IMG/VR virus record: IMGVR_UViG_3300045988_125846 | Coordinates: 32,001-96,000 of that record | Origin: a virus | DNA length: 64,000 nt | Strand: one strand, 5' to 3' | In this document: in pieces, positions 18,149-26,844 of the stretch | Numbering within the stretch: the stretch's first letter is position 1 | Layout of the letters: each line of letters starts with the position of its first letter | Position numbers and translations under genes: made by a program | Notes under the pieces: generated by a model | What the model was told of the DNA's origin: nothing | The model's input: the letters and a program-made list of their open reading frames with translations, nothing else | Databases searched by the model: none

Positions 18149-18334
18149 TCACTTTCTATTCCTCTCAAGACGCTCAATTTTATCCTTTTCACTGTCTGCT
18201 CTGTTAAATGGAATAACTCTACCATCTTCAATGCAAGTCAACATCACAACATTTGCCTTGTTGTCTATTGTATCAAATTGTTGTTTATGCACTCTTACAG
18301 TTCTAATAGAACTAAAATCTACATTAAAACTCAT
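18149..18334 (-). CDS. small conserved hypothetical protein, paralog B (61 aa)
   Basis: Paralog of 7446-7634. Confidence 0.6.
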   Translation of the reverse strand: MSFNVDFSSIRTVRVHKQQFDTIDNKANVVMLTCIEDGRVIPFNRADSEKDKIERLERNRK

Positions 18335-18337
18335 AAT

Positions 18338-18736
18338 TTACACCCACTCTTCCAACTTATATTCTTTTTCATTCAGCGACTTAATAGCGGCTTCTTTTGA
18401 AAAGAATACGGTCTTTCCAATACTGTTCTTCGTGAAAGTTCCACAATAACAATGTCTACCTCTCACAGAAAACGTATACCTTGCTCTAATCTGTTTCTTA
18501 TGTACATGACATTCTTTAATTGAATATATATCGTGGTAATCTCTGCTAATAACCCATACTGTCTGTCCAATTTCTACATCTGGAATAGTATTCTTCTTAT
18601 ACTCATCAAATACTTCTCTTAAAGACATTTCGTGTTTATTCCAAACTCCATCATCAATATCAAATCCGTTATCTGATAAAAACTGCAATAATTCGTCAAT
18701 GTCTACCAATTGCTTATTGATTAATTTATCAGCCAT
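18338..18736 (-). CDS. hypothetical protein (132 aa)
   Basis: ATG after GAGGAGG. Confidence 0.5.
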   Translation of the reverse strand: MADKLINKQLVDIDELLQFLSDNGFDIDDGVWNKHEMSLREVFDEYKKNTIPDVEIGQTVWVISRDYHDIYSIKECHVHKKQIRARYTFSVRGRHCYCGTFTKNSIGKTVFFSKEAAIKSLNEKEYKLEEWV

Positions 18737-19474
18737 TTATTCGCCTCCTCTTATCTCAAACAACTTCTCTACAGTTTTCTCACCTGTAACTCTATCTGAC
18801 TTCTGCAATACCTTTCGTTCTTTCTGCCAAATACACTTAAAATCATCAGGCATATTATATTCACTTACTAACACTATATTATTCTCTGAAAGTTTACGAA
18901 GAAAATCGTAGAATTCGTCATAGTCGATTGACTGTTTAGAATACTGTTTTGTATTACGATATGGTGGATCGAAATAAAAGAGACAATTCTTATAATCTGC
19001 AAAGTCCTTATAATCACAACATCTAAATTCAATGTCATTTAAATCAGGAATTTGTGTTCTAAAATTCTTCAATCTTTCATTGTAAATACTTCTACCGCCC
19101 TTAGAATCTCTGCCATATCCACCATCAAAATACCTACCGCCATAAGATGCACAATATCCAATAAGTGCTATATACTCTTTTGAATATTTATGTGTTCCAA
19201 GTTTTCTATCTTCTCTTACATCGGAATAATGTTCAAATGTGCATACATCTGGTGCAATAGATAAATCATTATCAGACTGAGCATATTTCAATAAAGCAAT
19301 TAGTTCTTCATTAATGTCAGCTCCTATCTTCTTATCACATTTAATCTTATCAATTAAATTCGCTCCACCCACCATAGGTTCTATGTAAGTTTTAATATTA
19401 TTGTCATCAATATACTTCTGAATAATTGGCACTAAAAATTTTGCCAATCTATTTTTACTTCCTTGATATACCAT
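18737..19474 (-). CDS. dam: Dam-family (D12 class) DNA N6-adenine methyltransferase
   Basis: N-terminal YQGSKNRL and catalytic FYFDPPYRNT. No SD near the ATG; GAAAGGAG lies about 47 nt upstream. Confidence 0.7.
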   Translation of the reverse strand: MVYQGSKNRLAKFLVPIIQKYIDDNNIKTYIEPMVGGANLIDKIKCDKKIGADINEELIALLKYAQSDNDLSIAPDVCTFEHYSDVREDRKLGTHKYSKEYIALIGYCASYGGRYFDGGYGRDSKGGRSIYNERLKNFRTQIPDLNDIEFRCCDYKDFADYKNCLFYFDPPYRNTKQYSKQSIDYDEFYDFLRKLSENNIVLVSEYNMPDDFKCIWQKERKVLQKSDRVTGEKTVEKLFEIRGGE

Positions 19475-19577
19475 TTTAATCTACTCAGAGCGAAATTTCT
19501 TTAAGGCTGCCACTCACTCCTTTCGTATTAATATTCTCTTAACTCAAATCTTTCAAAGAAAGATTTCTTTCAATGTA

Positions 19578-19775
19578 TTATTTGAACTCTATCTTGTTCC
19601 TTTTTAATACTTTAACTGCCTTATCATAATCAGTTTCAGCTACTTTGATATTTTTCATCTTAGTTGGTTTTGGCTTAATCCAATGACGGCATCCAGTAAT
19701 GTTTTCGTCATACCACATCAAACCGCTTTCACAATATTTATGCCATTGGCAGTCATTATTACCACATTTACTCAT
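19578..19775 (-). CDS. hypothetical Cys-containing protein (65 aa)
   Basis: ORF in array. Confidence 0.4.
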   Translation of the reverse strand: MSKCGNNDCQWHKYCESGLMWYDENITGCRHWIKPKPTKMKNIKVAETDYDKAVKVLKRNKIEFK

Positions 19776-20057
19776 TTATGTATTCTTCCAATCTAATGCC
19801 TGACCACATTGATCACAATATTTAATGTCGGTATCTTTATATCCATCATCACACAATAGTTCACCACAAGCAGGACAATACCATTCAAACGGAATTCTCT
19901 CTCCGCTATTTTTCACTTTCTTTGGAATTTGTTTTTCTATTGCTGATATTGCAAATCTAATTGCTTCTAAAACGTTGTAATCAGGGTATGGCTTCCATGA
20001 TTTTTTCAAATATTCAAAATGTATTAAAAGAAACTTTTTAGCTTTATATGATGTCAT
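19776..20057 (-). CDS. zinc-ribbon protein (93 aa)
   Basis: CPACGELLC ... CDQCGQ. Confidence 0.45.
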   Translation of the reverse strand: MTSYKAKKFLLIHFEYLKKSWKPYPDYNVLEAIRFAISAIEKQIPKKVKNSGERIPFEWYCPACGELLCDDGYKDTDIKYCDQCGQALDWKNT

Positions 20058-20914
20058 CCTATTTCTCCTTTATATTCAGCTACTCTCTTACTTCCAACCT
20101 CAAAAATATTCTTATCTTTCTCAAAACATATGTAATTTCTACCTGTATTCAAAGCTGCGGCTGCCGTTGTACAACTTCCTGCACATGAATCAAGAACTAA
20201 ATCTCCTGGGTTGGTGTAGGTCTTAATGAAATACTCACACGCTTCAACAGGCTTTTGACATTGATGTAAGCTACTTTTCTGAGTATCCCACTTAAATTGC
20301 AAAACATCTCTTGGGTATCTTTGTGTGCTACCACCACCTGAAATACCAGTTTTTGTAGCACCATAACAATTACCATCTGTTGTATGTTTCGTATAAGAAT
20401 GTACAGGTGTATGCCCTTCTGTCATTTGGGGATTGTAAGTAGGGAGTTTCTTATAGAAAATCAAGACATTTTCGTGTGCCTTCATCGGCATTTTCTTTGC
20501 GTTTAGATGACCCGTTGCTTTGGTCTTTTCGATAATCCATTCATAGCGATATAGTTTTTCATTACTACAAGCGAGTCTCTTATCAAATGGTGATTGCGCC
20601 CATAATGCTATACAACCATTATCTTTGATAATTCGATTGTAATGAGTCCATAAACCATCTTTTTTGTTCTCATAAAACCAATCTCTTGTATATTCAAGAC
20701 TACTATTTGTTACTTGAGCTAACTTAAATAAATCTGTTTCATAAAAATATTGACCTGATAACTCCACATAATCATTTAACGGCATTTCACATTCCCAAGA
20801 ATTATTAGTCGTATTATAAGGTGGATCTGTGAAGATGAAATCAATTGACTTATCATCAATCTTTTTCATACCTTCAAGGCAATCTTCATTGTATATTTTG
20901 TTAATCTCTAACAT
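20054..20914 (-). CDS. DNA methyltransferase, N4-cytosine/N6-adenine (DPPY) family
   Basis: IDFIFTDPPYN near the N-terminus and a C-terminal SAM-binding DSCAGSCTTAAAA. This motif order is typical of the N6_N4_Mtase family. Confidence 0.7.
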   Translation of the reverse strand: MLEINKIYNEDCLEGMKKIDDKSIDFIFTDPPYNTTNNSWECEMPLNDYVELSGQYFYETDLFKLAQVTNSSLEYTRDWFYENKKDGLWTHYNRIIKDNGCIALWAQSPFDKRLACSNEKLYRYEWIIEKTKATGHLNAKKMPMKAHENVLIFYKKLPTYNPQMTEGHTPVHSYTKHTTDGNCYGATKTGISGGGSTQRYPRDVLQFKWDTQKSSLHQCQKPVEACEYFIKTYTNPGDLVLDSCAGSCTTAAAALNTGRNYICFEKDKNIFEVGSKRVAEYKGEIG

Positions 20915-20983
20915 TTCTTACTCAGAGCAAATCCAGATTTAATGCTGCAGCAAATCTCATGCTCCTTTCAATGTATTATTCTC

Positions 20984-21184
20984 TTATTTGTGATAGATTA
21001 CATCAATATGTTCCATGCACCATTTCCAACATGGAATTACTTTAATACCACCAGCTTCATTCCAATCTTTCTTTAACTGCATTTGTGTATCTTTATCTAA
21101 ACAAGAAACTAAATACAAAGAACACTCCATTGGTGCTGTTTTTCTGTATTCTTCACTAAAATCTTCTAAATTTAAATTCGCCAT
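20984..21184 (-). CDS. hypothetical protein (66 aa)
   Basis: ATG after AGGAGG. Confidence 0.45.
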   Translation of the reverse strand: MANLNLEDFSEEYRKTAPMECSLYLVSCLDKDTQMQLKKDWNEAGGIKVIPCWKWCMEHIDVIYHK

Positions 21185-21246
21185 TTTTACCTCCTAACTC
21201 CAAAGAAACTTCGGTTTACTGCGTTTTTTGTAATATCATTTATTTA

Positions 21247-21606
21247 CTATGGTAAGTCAACAATATTGTATCTAACAGTACCATCGTCATATTTCTTGGT
21301 TTCTAATATTCCATCAGCATATTCTCCAATTTTGTCTGAATATTTGTTATATGTATTACTACCAGAAATATTATATTCTACACCGTTATATTCAACAGTA
21401 ATTCTATAAACTGCTGGATGCGATTGTGGTAACATCGTTTTAGTCGCAGGACTATAATACATTGTTGTATAAGCAGCCATGTGATATTCATCTATTATTT
21501 TTACTTGAACTGTAGATGTTTCGGTACTAATGCATTTTGCACAGCCAGTTAATATAAATATAAATGCTAATAGTAAAGCCAAACTATATAAAATTTTCTT
21601 CTTCAT
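21247..21606 (-). CDS. putative lipoprotein (119 aa)
   Basis: Signal peptide with lipobox: MKKKILYSLALLLAFIFILTGC. Confidence 0.6.
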   Translation of the reverse strand: MKKKILYSLALLLAFIFILTGCAKCISTETSTVQVKIIDEYHMAAYTTMYYSPATKTMLPQSHPAVYRITVEYNGVEYNISGSNTYNKYSDKIGEYADGILETKKYDDGTVRYNIVDLP

Positions 21607-21611
21607 ATGAT

Positions 21612-21761
21612 TTACTCATCCTCCTTCAACACAAGAATTGCTTTATAATATTTACTATTGCATGAACTGGATTCTACTTTGTATCCATCATCCAAATAAT
21701 CATTCATAGCATTCTCAAAATCATTGCTATTTTCCATTTCTAAAATTACACATTTCTTCAT
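21612..21761 (-). CDS. hypothetical small protein (49 aa)
   Basis: Own translation MKKCVILEMENSNDFENAMNDYLDDGYKVESSSCNSKYYKAILVLKEDE; SD GGAGAATAA. Below the track length cutoff. Confidence 0.4.
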   Translation of the reverse strand: MKKCVILEMENSNDFENAMNDYLDDGYKVESSSCNSKYYKAILVLKEDE

Positions 21762-21766
21762 ATGAT

Positions 21767-22027
21767 TTATTCTCCTTTGCTATATCCAGTCTCTTTAAGG
21801 AACTTATTAAATTCCTCTTTTGTCATATTGTTTGGATAATACATATCCATCACCATATCAAACGGCTTTAAATAATTATCTAACACATCTTCGGCATCTT
21901 CCCTTGCTTCTTGCATTTTCATATTGATATAATCTTCTCGTGTCATATTCCATGCAGTAGGACAATCCGTGACAGAAGAAAATCTACAATATAATCCATT
22001 TGGTTGCTTTGATACAAATCCTGCTAT
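21767..22027 (-). CDS. hypothetical protein (86 codons), probably initiated at ATA
   Basis: Open frame from ATA 22025-22027, placed 6 nt after GGAG. The first ATG is 27 codons in and has no SD. Confidence 0.35.
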   Translation of the reverse strand: MAGFVSKQPNGLYCRFSSVTDCPTAWNMTREDYINMKMQEAREDAEDVLDNYLKPFDMVMDMYYPNNMTKEEFNKFLKETGYSKGE

Positions 22028-22028
22028 A

Positions 22029-22565
22029 TTATTCTCCTAACTGTTCTAAGAACTCATTGCCACAATCACAAAATTCTCTAATCATAGACTTCATTAATCC
22101 CCATGACATACCAGAATGTCCCTGATTTTTCATAATTTCAATTCCATCTTGGATAGATTTTTCTTTAACAGTTTTGATAATATCTAAGCACTGACCAAGT
22201 TCCATTCCTCTGTATAGATCATTAAGTCGAATAGGAACACATTTATCCCACATATTCCATTTCTCTTTAGATAAAACCTTATGACCTTCTTCTATCCAAT
22301 ATTTTGATAATTCAGGAATTTTTCTTTTATGTTCTTCCTCTTCACGAATTAATCTTTGACGACTTTCTTCTTGCTCTTTATTAAATTCGTCAAAAGTTTT
22401 ACCTATACAAAGCATATAAGCATCATCTAAAGACATATCAGATGTTAGTTTATTCCCATTGAATTCACCACAATATTTATTGCCATCCTGTGCTCTTTCG
22501 TGCAATTCCTTTACAGCTCGTTCAATAGTCCAACCGCAAAGAAAATCAATCTTTCTGTATTCCAT
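22029..22565 (-). CDS. hypothetical protein (178 aa)
   Basis: ATG after AGGAGG. Confidence 0.5.
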   Translation of the reverse strand: MEYRKIDFLCGWTIERAVKELHERAQDGNKYCGEFNGNKLTSDMSLDDAYMLCIGKTFDEFNKEQEESRQRLIREEEEHKRKIPELSKYWIEEGHKVLSKEKWNMWDKCVPIRLNDLYRGMELGQCLDIIKTVKEKSIQDGIEIMKNQGHSGMSWGLMKSMIREFCDCGNEFLEQLGE

Positions 22566-22592
22566 ATTATTTACCTCCTGCTATATTATTCT

Positions 22593-22745
22593 CTATTGTT
22601 TCTGCCACCAATGTTTCTTTTTATTTTCTTTATAAACATTACAAACATTTGGATAATTACAACTTTTGGTTTCTTCATTGTAATATTCGCAAAAATATCC
22701 ATCTTCACAACCAATATCGCATTCCATTTCAGTATATATTCTCAT
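22593..22745 (-). CDS. hypothetical Cys-rich small protein (50 aa)
   Basis: Own translation MRIYTEMECDIGCEDGYFCEYYNEETKSCNYPNVCNVYKENKKKHWWQKQ; SD AGGAGGG. Confidence 0.4.
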   Translation of the reverse strand: MRIYTEMECDIGCEDGYFCEYYNEETKSCNYPNVCNVYKENKKKHWWQKQ

Positions 22746-22795
22746 AAAACCCTCCTAAATTCCTCAAGAAATCTATGTTTCTTGGTAAAAATATT

Positions 22796-22838
22796 ACTAT
22801 ATATAGTGTCTATATTTTCTATAAACACTATATATAGT
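22796..22838. promoter_or_regulatory. pair of ACTATATATAGT palindromic boxes, 31 bp centre to centre
   Basis: Exact boxes at 22796-22807 and 22827-22838. With flanks they form a perfect 15-bp inverted repeat, TACTATATATAGTGT / ACACTATATATAGTA. Confidence 0.5.
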
Positions 22839-22845
22839 ATTTCAT

Positions 22846-23586
22846 TTACGCCTGATACATAAAACTTGGCATTGGCTGTAATTTAAACAGATTTTTCTCA
22901 TGCATTGAATCAATCTTAGCTTTTACTTCCTCACTTGGCTCAATTCCATCTCTGATGTATGCATCTAATTCAGCATAAGTAAATCCAAGGTTATCTTCAT
23001 CTGTCTTTCCACAAAGACCGTCAGTAGGTGTCTTATCAACTAATTCTGATGGAAGTCCTAACTCACGACCAATAGCCTTAACCTCTGTTACTGTAAGCTG
23101 AGATAACGGTGCAAACGAACCAAATCCGTCACCTCCGAAGGTCGCATAACCAACCCAATCCTCGGAAAGATTACAATTACAACTTGGTATACCGTTATTA
23201 CACTGAGCATAGAAATACAATTCTGTCATTCTAACTCTTGCAGGAACATTTACTTTAGCCTGTTCTGTAACAACTACTCCATTTGATTCCATTTCAGAAA
23301 TAATAGAATCAACGGTTGAACCGATATTAATAATTTTGTATTCAATCCCAAGATGATTTGCACATAAAATACTACAGTCAATATCTGACTGTTCATACTG
23401 TGGTAGCATAATACCTTTCACTCTATCAGCTCCTAGAGCAGAGACACATAAGGCTGCGACAACAGACGAGTCTTTACCGCCAGATAAAGCAACACAACAG
23501 TTCTTATCTGGGAATTTTTCTTCAAACAAATTTTTAATCCATTCGATACAATCATTTGTTACTTTCTTAACATCAAAATTATACAT
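22846..23586 (-). CDS. nadE: NH3-dependent NAD+ synthetase
   Basis: PP-loop CVALSGGKDSSVVAAL and C-terminal TDEDNLGFTYAELDAYI; about 246 aa. Confidence 0.8.
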   Translation of the reverse strand: MYNFDVKKVTNDCIEWIKNLFEEKFPDKNCCVALSGGKDSSVVAALCVSALGADRVKGIMLPQYEQSDIDCSILCANHLGIEYKIINIGSTVDSIISEMESNGVVVTEQAKVNVPARVRMTELYFYAQCNNGIPSCNCNLSEDWVGYATFGGDGFGSFAPLSQLTVTEVKAIGRELGLPSELVDKTPTDGLCGKTDEDNLGFTYAELDAYIRDGIEPSEEVKAKIDSMHEKNLFKLQPMPSFMYQA

Positions 23587-23608
23587 AGGTTCTCCTTCAT
23601 TTATAGGT

Positions 23609-24412
23609 TTAATCAGTTATTTCCACTTTATAGTTATACAATGCCCTATATACAACTATAGGAAAATTATCATATTTGTTTTTATAATAGTCTGCAATTT
23701 CTTTTATATAGTTTTCTTTCTCTTTTTTATATGCACAAAATGCTTCTTCTGGTGTGTTAAATACACCGATATGTACTTGTTGTTTTGTATTTTTCGTATT
23801 ATTATTTAATTTTGAAACTTGTGCAATAAATTTTCCAAGTCTTTTATTAAAAGATACTCCTATTGGGTATTCCCCTCTTTTTGCGTCAGTTTTCGTGAAA
23901 AGAATATTAATACGTTCAGGAACGAAGATACATGTATCTTTTGAATATACTGTATTATTTTTATATAATATGTCTTTATCCAAACACATTTTCTCTTCTC
24001 CACATTCGTAAAAATTATCATTAAACCACTTTGAAAAGTTCGACAAATAAAACCACTCATCATCTACTTCGCATTTTTTGTAAGTCGGATATCGTGATAA
24101 ATCTATTTTATTATAACAACGCTTTAACATACCAACCCAGTATAAATATTCTTTTGTAAATGAATCATCTTGTTTTATTATTTCATTTCCTACTATACCG
24201 TGATTAAATACAGTAGGTAAAAATGTATCAAATGTAGTACCTTTAATAAAATTGCTATATGCCTGATGATATACAATGTTGTTCGTATCTAAGAATTGAA
24301 TATCAATATCTGTAGCATTTTTATATTTAATTATTTTCATTCTTTCGCCCTGTTTATTAACTACTATTTCCCAAAGTCTTTCCTTTGCTTGTGATTCAGA
24401 TATTTTAAACAT
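23609..24412 (-). CDS. AP2-domain protein, homing-endonuclease-like
   Basis: GVSFNKRLGKFIAQV ... HIGVFNTPEEAFCAYKK (AP2/ERF-like DNA-binding domain) and LDKD...YSKDTCIFVPERIN (degenerate HNH-like). No SD at the ATG. In-frame ATA codons at 24443-24448 sit 5-8 nt after GGAG. Confidence 0.55.
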   Translation of the reverse strand: MFKISESQAKERLWEIVVNKQGERMKIIKYKNATDIDIQFLDTNNIVYHQAYSNFIKGTTFDTFLPTVFNHGIVGNEIIKQDDSFTKEYLYWVGMLKRCYNKIDLSRYPTYKKCEVDDEWFYLSNFSKWFNDNFYECGEEKMCLDKDILYKNNTVYSKDTCIFVPERINILFTKTDAKRGEYPIGVSFNKRLGKFIAQVSKLNNNTKNTKQQVHIGVFNTPEEAFCAYKKEKENYIKEIADYYKNKYDNFPIVVYRALYNYKVEITD

Positions 24413-24460
24413 AGGGTTATCTGTTTTTAAATGTGTTTCTTTTATTATATATTCTCCTTC

Positions 24461-25087
24461 CTACATTCGATTCATCACATCATAAAACCGAATTAAATAC
24501 TCATATACATTTCTAGGAACTAACTCTTTTACTTTTTCAAATTCACCTTTCTCACATAAATCTCTAACCAAACTTGAAGAAGTATGATTTTCTGGTATCT
24601 GAATTTCTGTGAAATGTTCTTTGTATTCCATAAGATTTGCTTCTCTCAAAGCATTCTCAAGGTTCTGACCTTCTCTCACACATGCTACAAAATTATATTC
24701 CTCAACAAACGGTTTCCAATTATACCAAGTTGTAAGTGTTTCAATATTATCCATTCCTAAACAAATATAGTATTCGTTGAAGATATAATCTTTTTCATTC
24801 ATATCTCTTATCTGAGTAATAGTATTGTATGTCCTCTGTGGAAAGAAGCTGGTTGTTTCAACTTCGGATGCCCACATATTATTTTCATCACAATTTGGCA
24901 TTGAATTAATCAGCGATACTCGACAATATCCAGGTATTAAAGTCTTTTTCTTCGCAACATATGTATCATGTGCAGGAATAAACAATATAGCATCGGCATT
25001 AACCGCTTTTTTAGCAGTCAATGCCATATCAACATGAGCGTTTGTAATCGGATTAAAACTTCCTGGTATAAGTAAAATTTTATTCAT
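24461..25087 (-). CDS. nadD: nicotinate/nicotinamide mononucleotide adenylyltransferase
   Basis: IPGSFNPITNAH (GxFxPxHxGH-type motif) and C-terminal TSSSLVRD (ISSTxIR-type). Overlaps the pncB stop by 8 nt. Confidence 0.7.
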   Translation of the reverse strand: MNKILLIPGSFNPITNAHVDMALTAKKAVNADAILFIPAHDTYVAKKKTLIPGYCRVSLINSMPNCDENNMWASEVETTSFFPQRTYNTITQIRDMNEKDYIFNEYYICLGMDNIETLTTWYNWKPFVEEYNFVACVREGQNLENALREANLMEYKEHFTEIQIPENHTSSSLVRDLCEKGEFEKVKELVPRNVYEYLIRFYDVMNRM

Positions 25088-26288
25088 GATCCATTCTCCA
25101 ATTAATACATCTCTTTAGATAATCAACATAATCAGGGTTTTTACACATGCCTTTTCCTTCTACGTCAGAAACTTTTGCAACATCCATACCGTTACATTTA
25201 GTAGTTTTCATTACAATATTTAAAGCAGGAACATCTGTATCATTACTCAAATAAGTACCAATTCCAAATGCAACATTTACTCTATCATGGAAGTGTCTGA
25301 ATAACTTATCAGCTCTTTCAAAATCAAGACTGTCACTAAACAGAAGTGTCTTTGTCTTAGGATTTATACCAAGTGACTCATAATGATTAATCATCTTTTC
25401 ACCCCATTCAATCGGATCGCCACTATCATGTCTTACACCACTGAATAATGTTGCATATGTCAACTGAAAATCTTTCAAGAAACAATCAGTTGTAATTGTA
25501 TCTGTGAGCGCAATACCATTTAACACACCATACTCTCTAACCCATGCGTCTAGGGCATACCAGTTTGAATATGCTGGATTGTGCTTGTGATTGCCCTGAC
25601 CAGAACACATAATCCATTCATGAGCCATAGTTCCAACAGGCGTGAGATTATATTTCTTTGCGAGATATACATTAGATGTACCAACAAATTTAGATGGACT
25701 GTGTAATGTATCATTCAAATGTGAAAACTTCTTAACAGCTAACTCCTGTGCTTCAGCAGAAAGTCTTCTTCTAAGACCAAATTCAGAAAATGTACCAGCA
25801 TACCAATGACCGCTTCTGAGATTTTCATACTTTTCATCTAATCTCTTTTTGAAACTATTAAGCAATTCTTCATAGTTATATGCCATTCTGAAATATACTT
25901 CGTTTACAATCGCAAGTGTAGGAATCTCATACATAGATGTATTAAGCCATGTACCAAATGTTTCGATAGAAAGACCGCAATCTGAATCTGTTGTAATCTC
26001 AAAATCCTCATATCTTGGCTGCCACAATCTCAGAAAATCAACATACGAACCCTTCATCCATTTGATATTATCAATATAAGTAAGTTCATCTTCTGTGAAT
26101 CTCAAACCACAATATAATTTAATCTGTCTGCGAATCTCTTCTACCATTTCTGGTGTAAAATGAACATCCTTATTACGACACTTAAAACTCCAAGTGGTTT
26201 TATAATCACTAAACTGATGATAAATAGCCTGTCCCATTGACAATTTGTAGGCATCTGTCTCAAATAAACTTGTAATAATCTGCTCCAT
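25080..26288 (-). CDS. pncB: nicotinate phosphoribosyltransferase
   Basis: Collinear with E. coli PncB: TDAYKLSMGQA, GTSNVYLAKKYNLTPVGTMAHEW, GIALTDTITTD, GVRHDSGDPIEWGEK, FGIGT and LNIVMKTTKCNG. Start trimmed to Met32 of the track ORF. Confidence 0.85.
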   Translation of the reverse strand: MEQIITSLFETDAYKLSMGQAIYHQFSDYKTTWSFKCRNKDVHFTPEMVEEIRRQIKLYCGLRFTEDELTYIDNIKWMKGSYVDFLRLWQPRYEDFEITTDSDCGLSIETFGTWLNTSMYEIPTLAIVNEVYFRMAYNYEELLNSFKKRLDEKYENLRSGHWYAGTFSEFGLRRRLSAEAQELAVKKFSHLNDTLHSPSKFVGTSNVYLAKKYNLTPVGTMAHEWIMCSGQGNHKHNPAYSNWYALDAWVREYGVLNGIALTDTITTDCFLKDFQLTYATLFSGVRHDSGDPIEWGEKMINHYESLGINPKTKTLLFSDSLDFERADKLFRHFHDRVNVAFGIGTYLSNDTDVPALNIVMKTTKCNGMDVAKVSDVEGKGMCKNPDYVDYLKRCINWRMDHE

Positions 26289-26289
26289 A

Positions 26290-26844
26290 TTATTTACCTT
26301 CTTTCTTGATTTGATTAAATATTGTTCTAATATCATATTCTCTGTTTTCGTACTCATAAAACAGATTAATATACTTATCAATAAAAGCTATATCATTTGG
26401 ATGCATTGCAATTGGTTTACTTTTCTTAGATTTCCACCATTTTAATTCCTTCTCAAAATTAAATGATTTACCATGATATGCTCTACCTGCTCCAAGATAA
26501 TCACAAAGCATTTCTTTTTTATACTTCATTGGCATTTCAATAGGATTTCCACCATTATCAAAATTGTCTTCCCAATACTCGTAGTGGTGCTTGTTTCTTC
26601 CTTTATGGTGCATCCAAGCAGCCGACCAACCATTCTCTTTCTTACAAGCGTCTATTGGACTTGAAGTACCTTGATAATACTTAACACTCTCCCAAAATTC
26701 CGTTGGAGAAAATTTAGATAAATCATGTACTAACCCTTGAAATGGAATTCCCACTTTACAGCAATAGTAGAACACCCAACGTTTATGAGTACAGACTTTC
26801 TTAAAATGTCTAAAAGTATTAATGATATAATTCTTATACTTCAT
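26290..26844 (-). CDS. hypothetical His-rich protein embedded in the NAD operon (possible HD-type phosphohydrolase, DUF5662-like)
   Basis: LVHDLSKF and WMHHKGRNKHHYEYW. Overlaps the pncA 3' end by 11 nt and ends 1 nt before the pncB start. The family call is tentative. Confidence 0.35.
   Translation of the reverse strand: MKYKNYIINTFRHFKKVCTHKRWVFYYCCKVGIPFQGLVHDLSKFSPTEFWESVKYYQGTSSPIDACKKENGWSAAWMHHKGRNKHHYEYWEDNFDNGGNPIEMPMKYKKEMLCDYLGAGRAYHGKSFNFEKELKWWKSKKSKPIAMHPNDIAFIDKYINLFYEYENREYDIRTIFNQIKKEGK

Noticed and set aside
19475-20983. Short upstream ORFs in the methyltransferase leaders (MRFAAALNLDLL; M/V-AALKKFRSE).
   Set aside because: The candidate start codons sit 1-3 nt from the SD, which is too close. 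Nucleotide conservation between the two leaders also continues across a 1-nt indel that changes the peptide frame, which points to an RNA or DNA element rather than a peptide.
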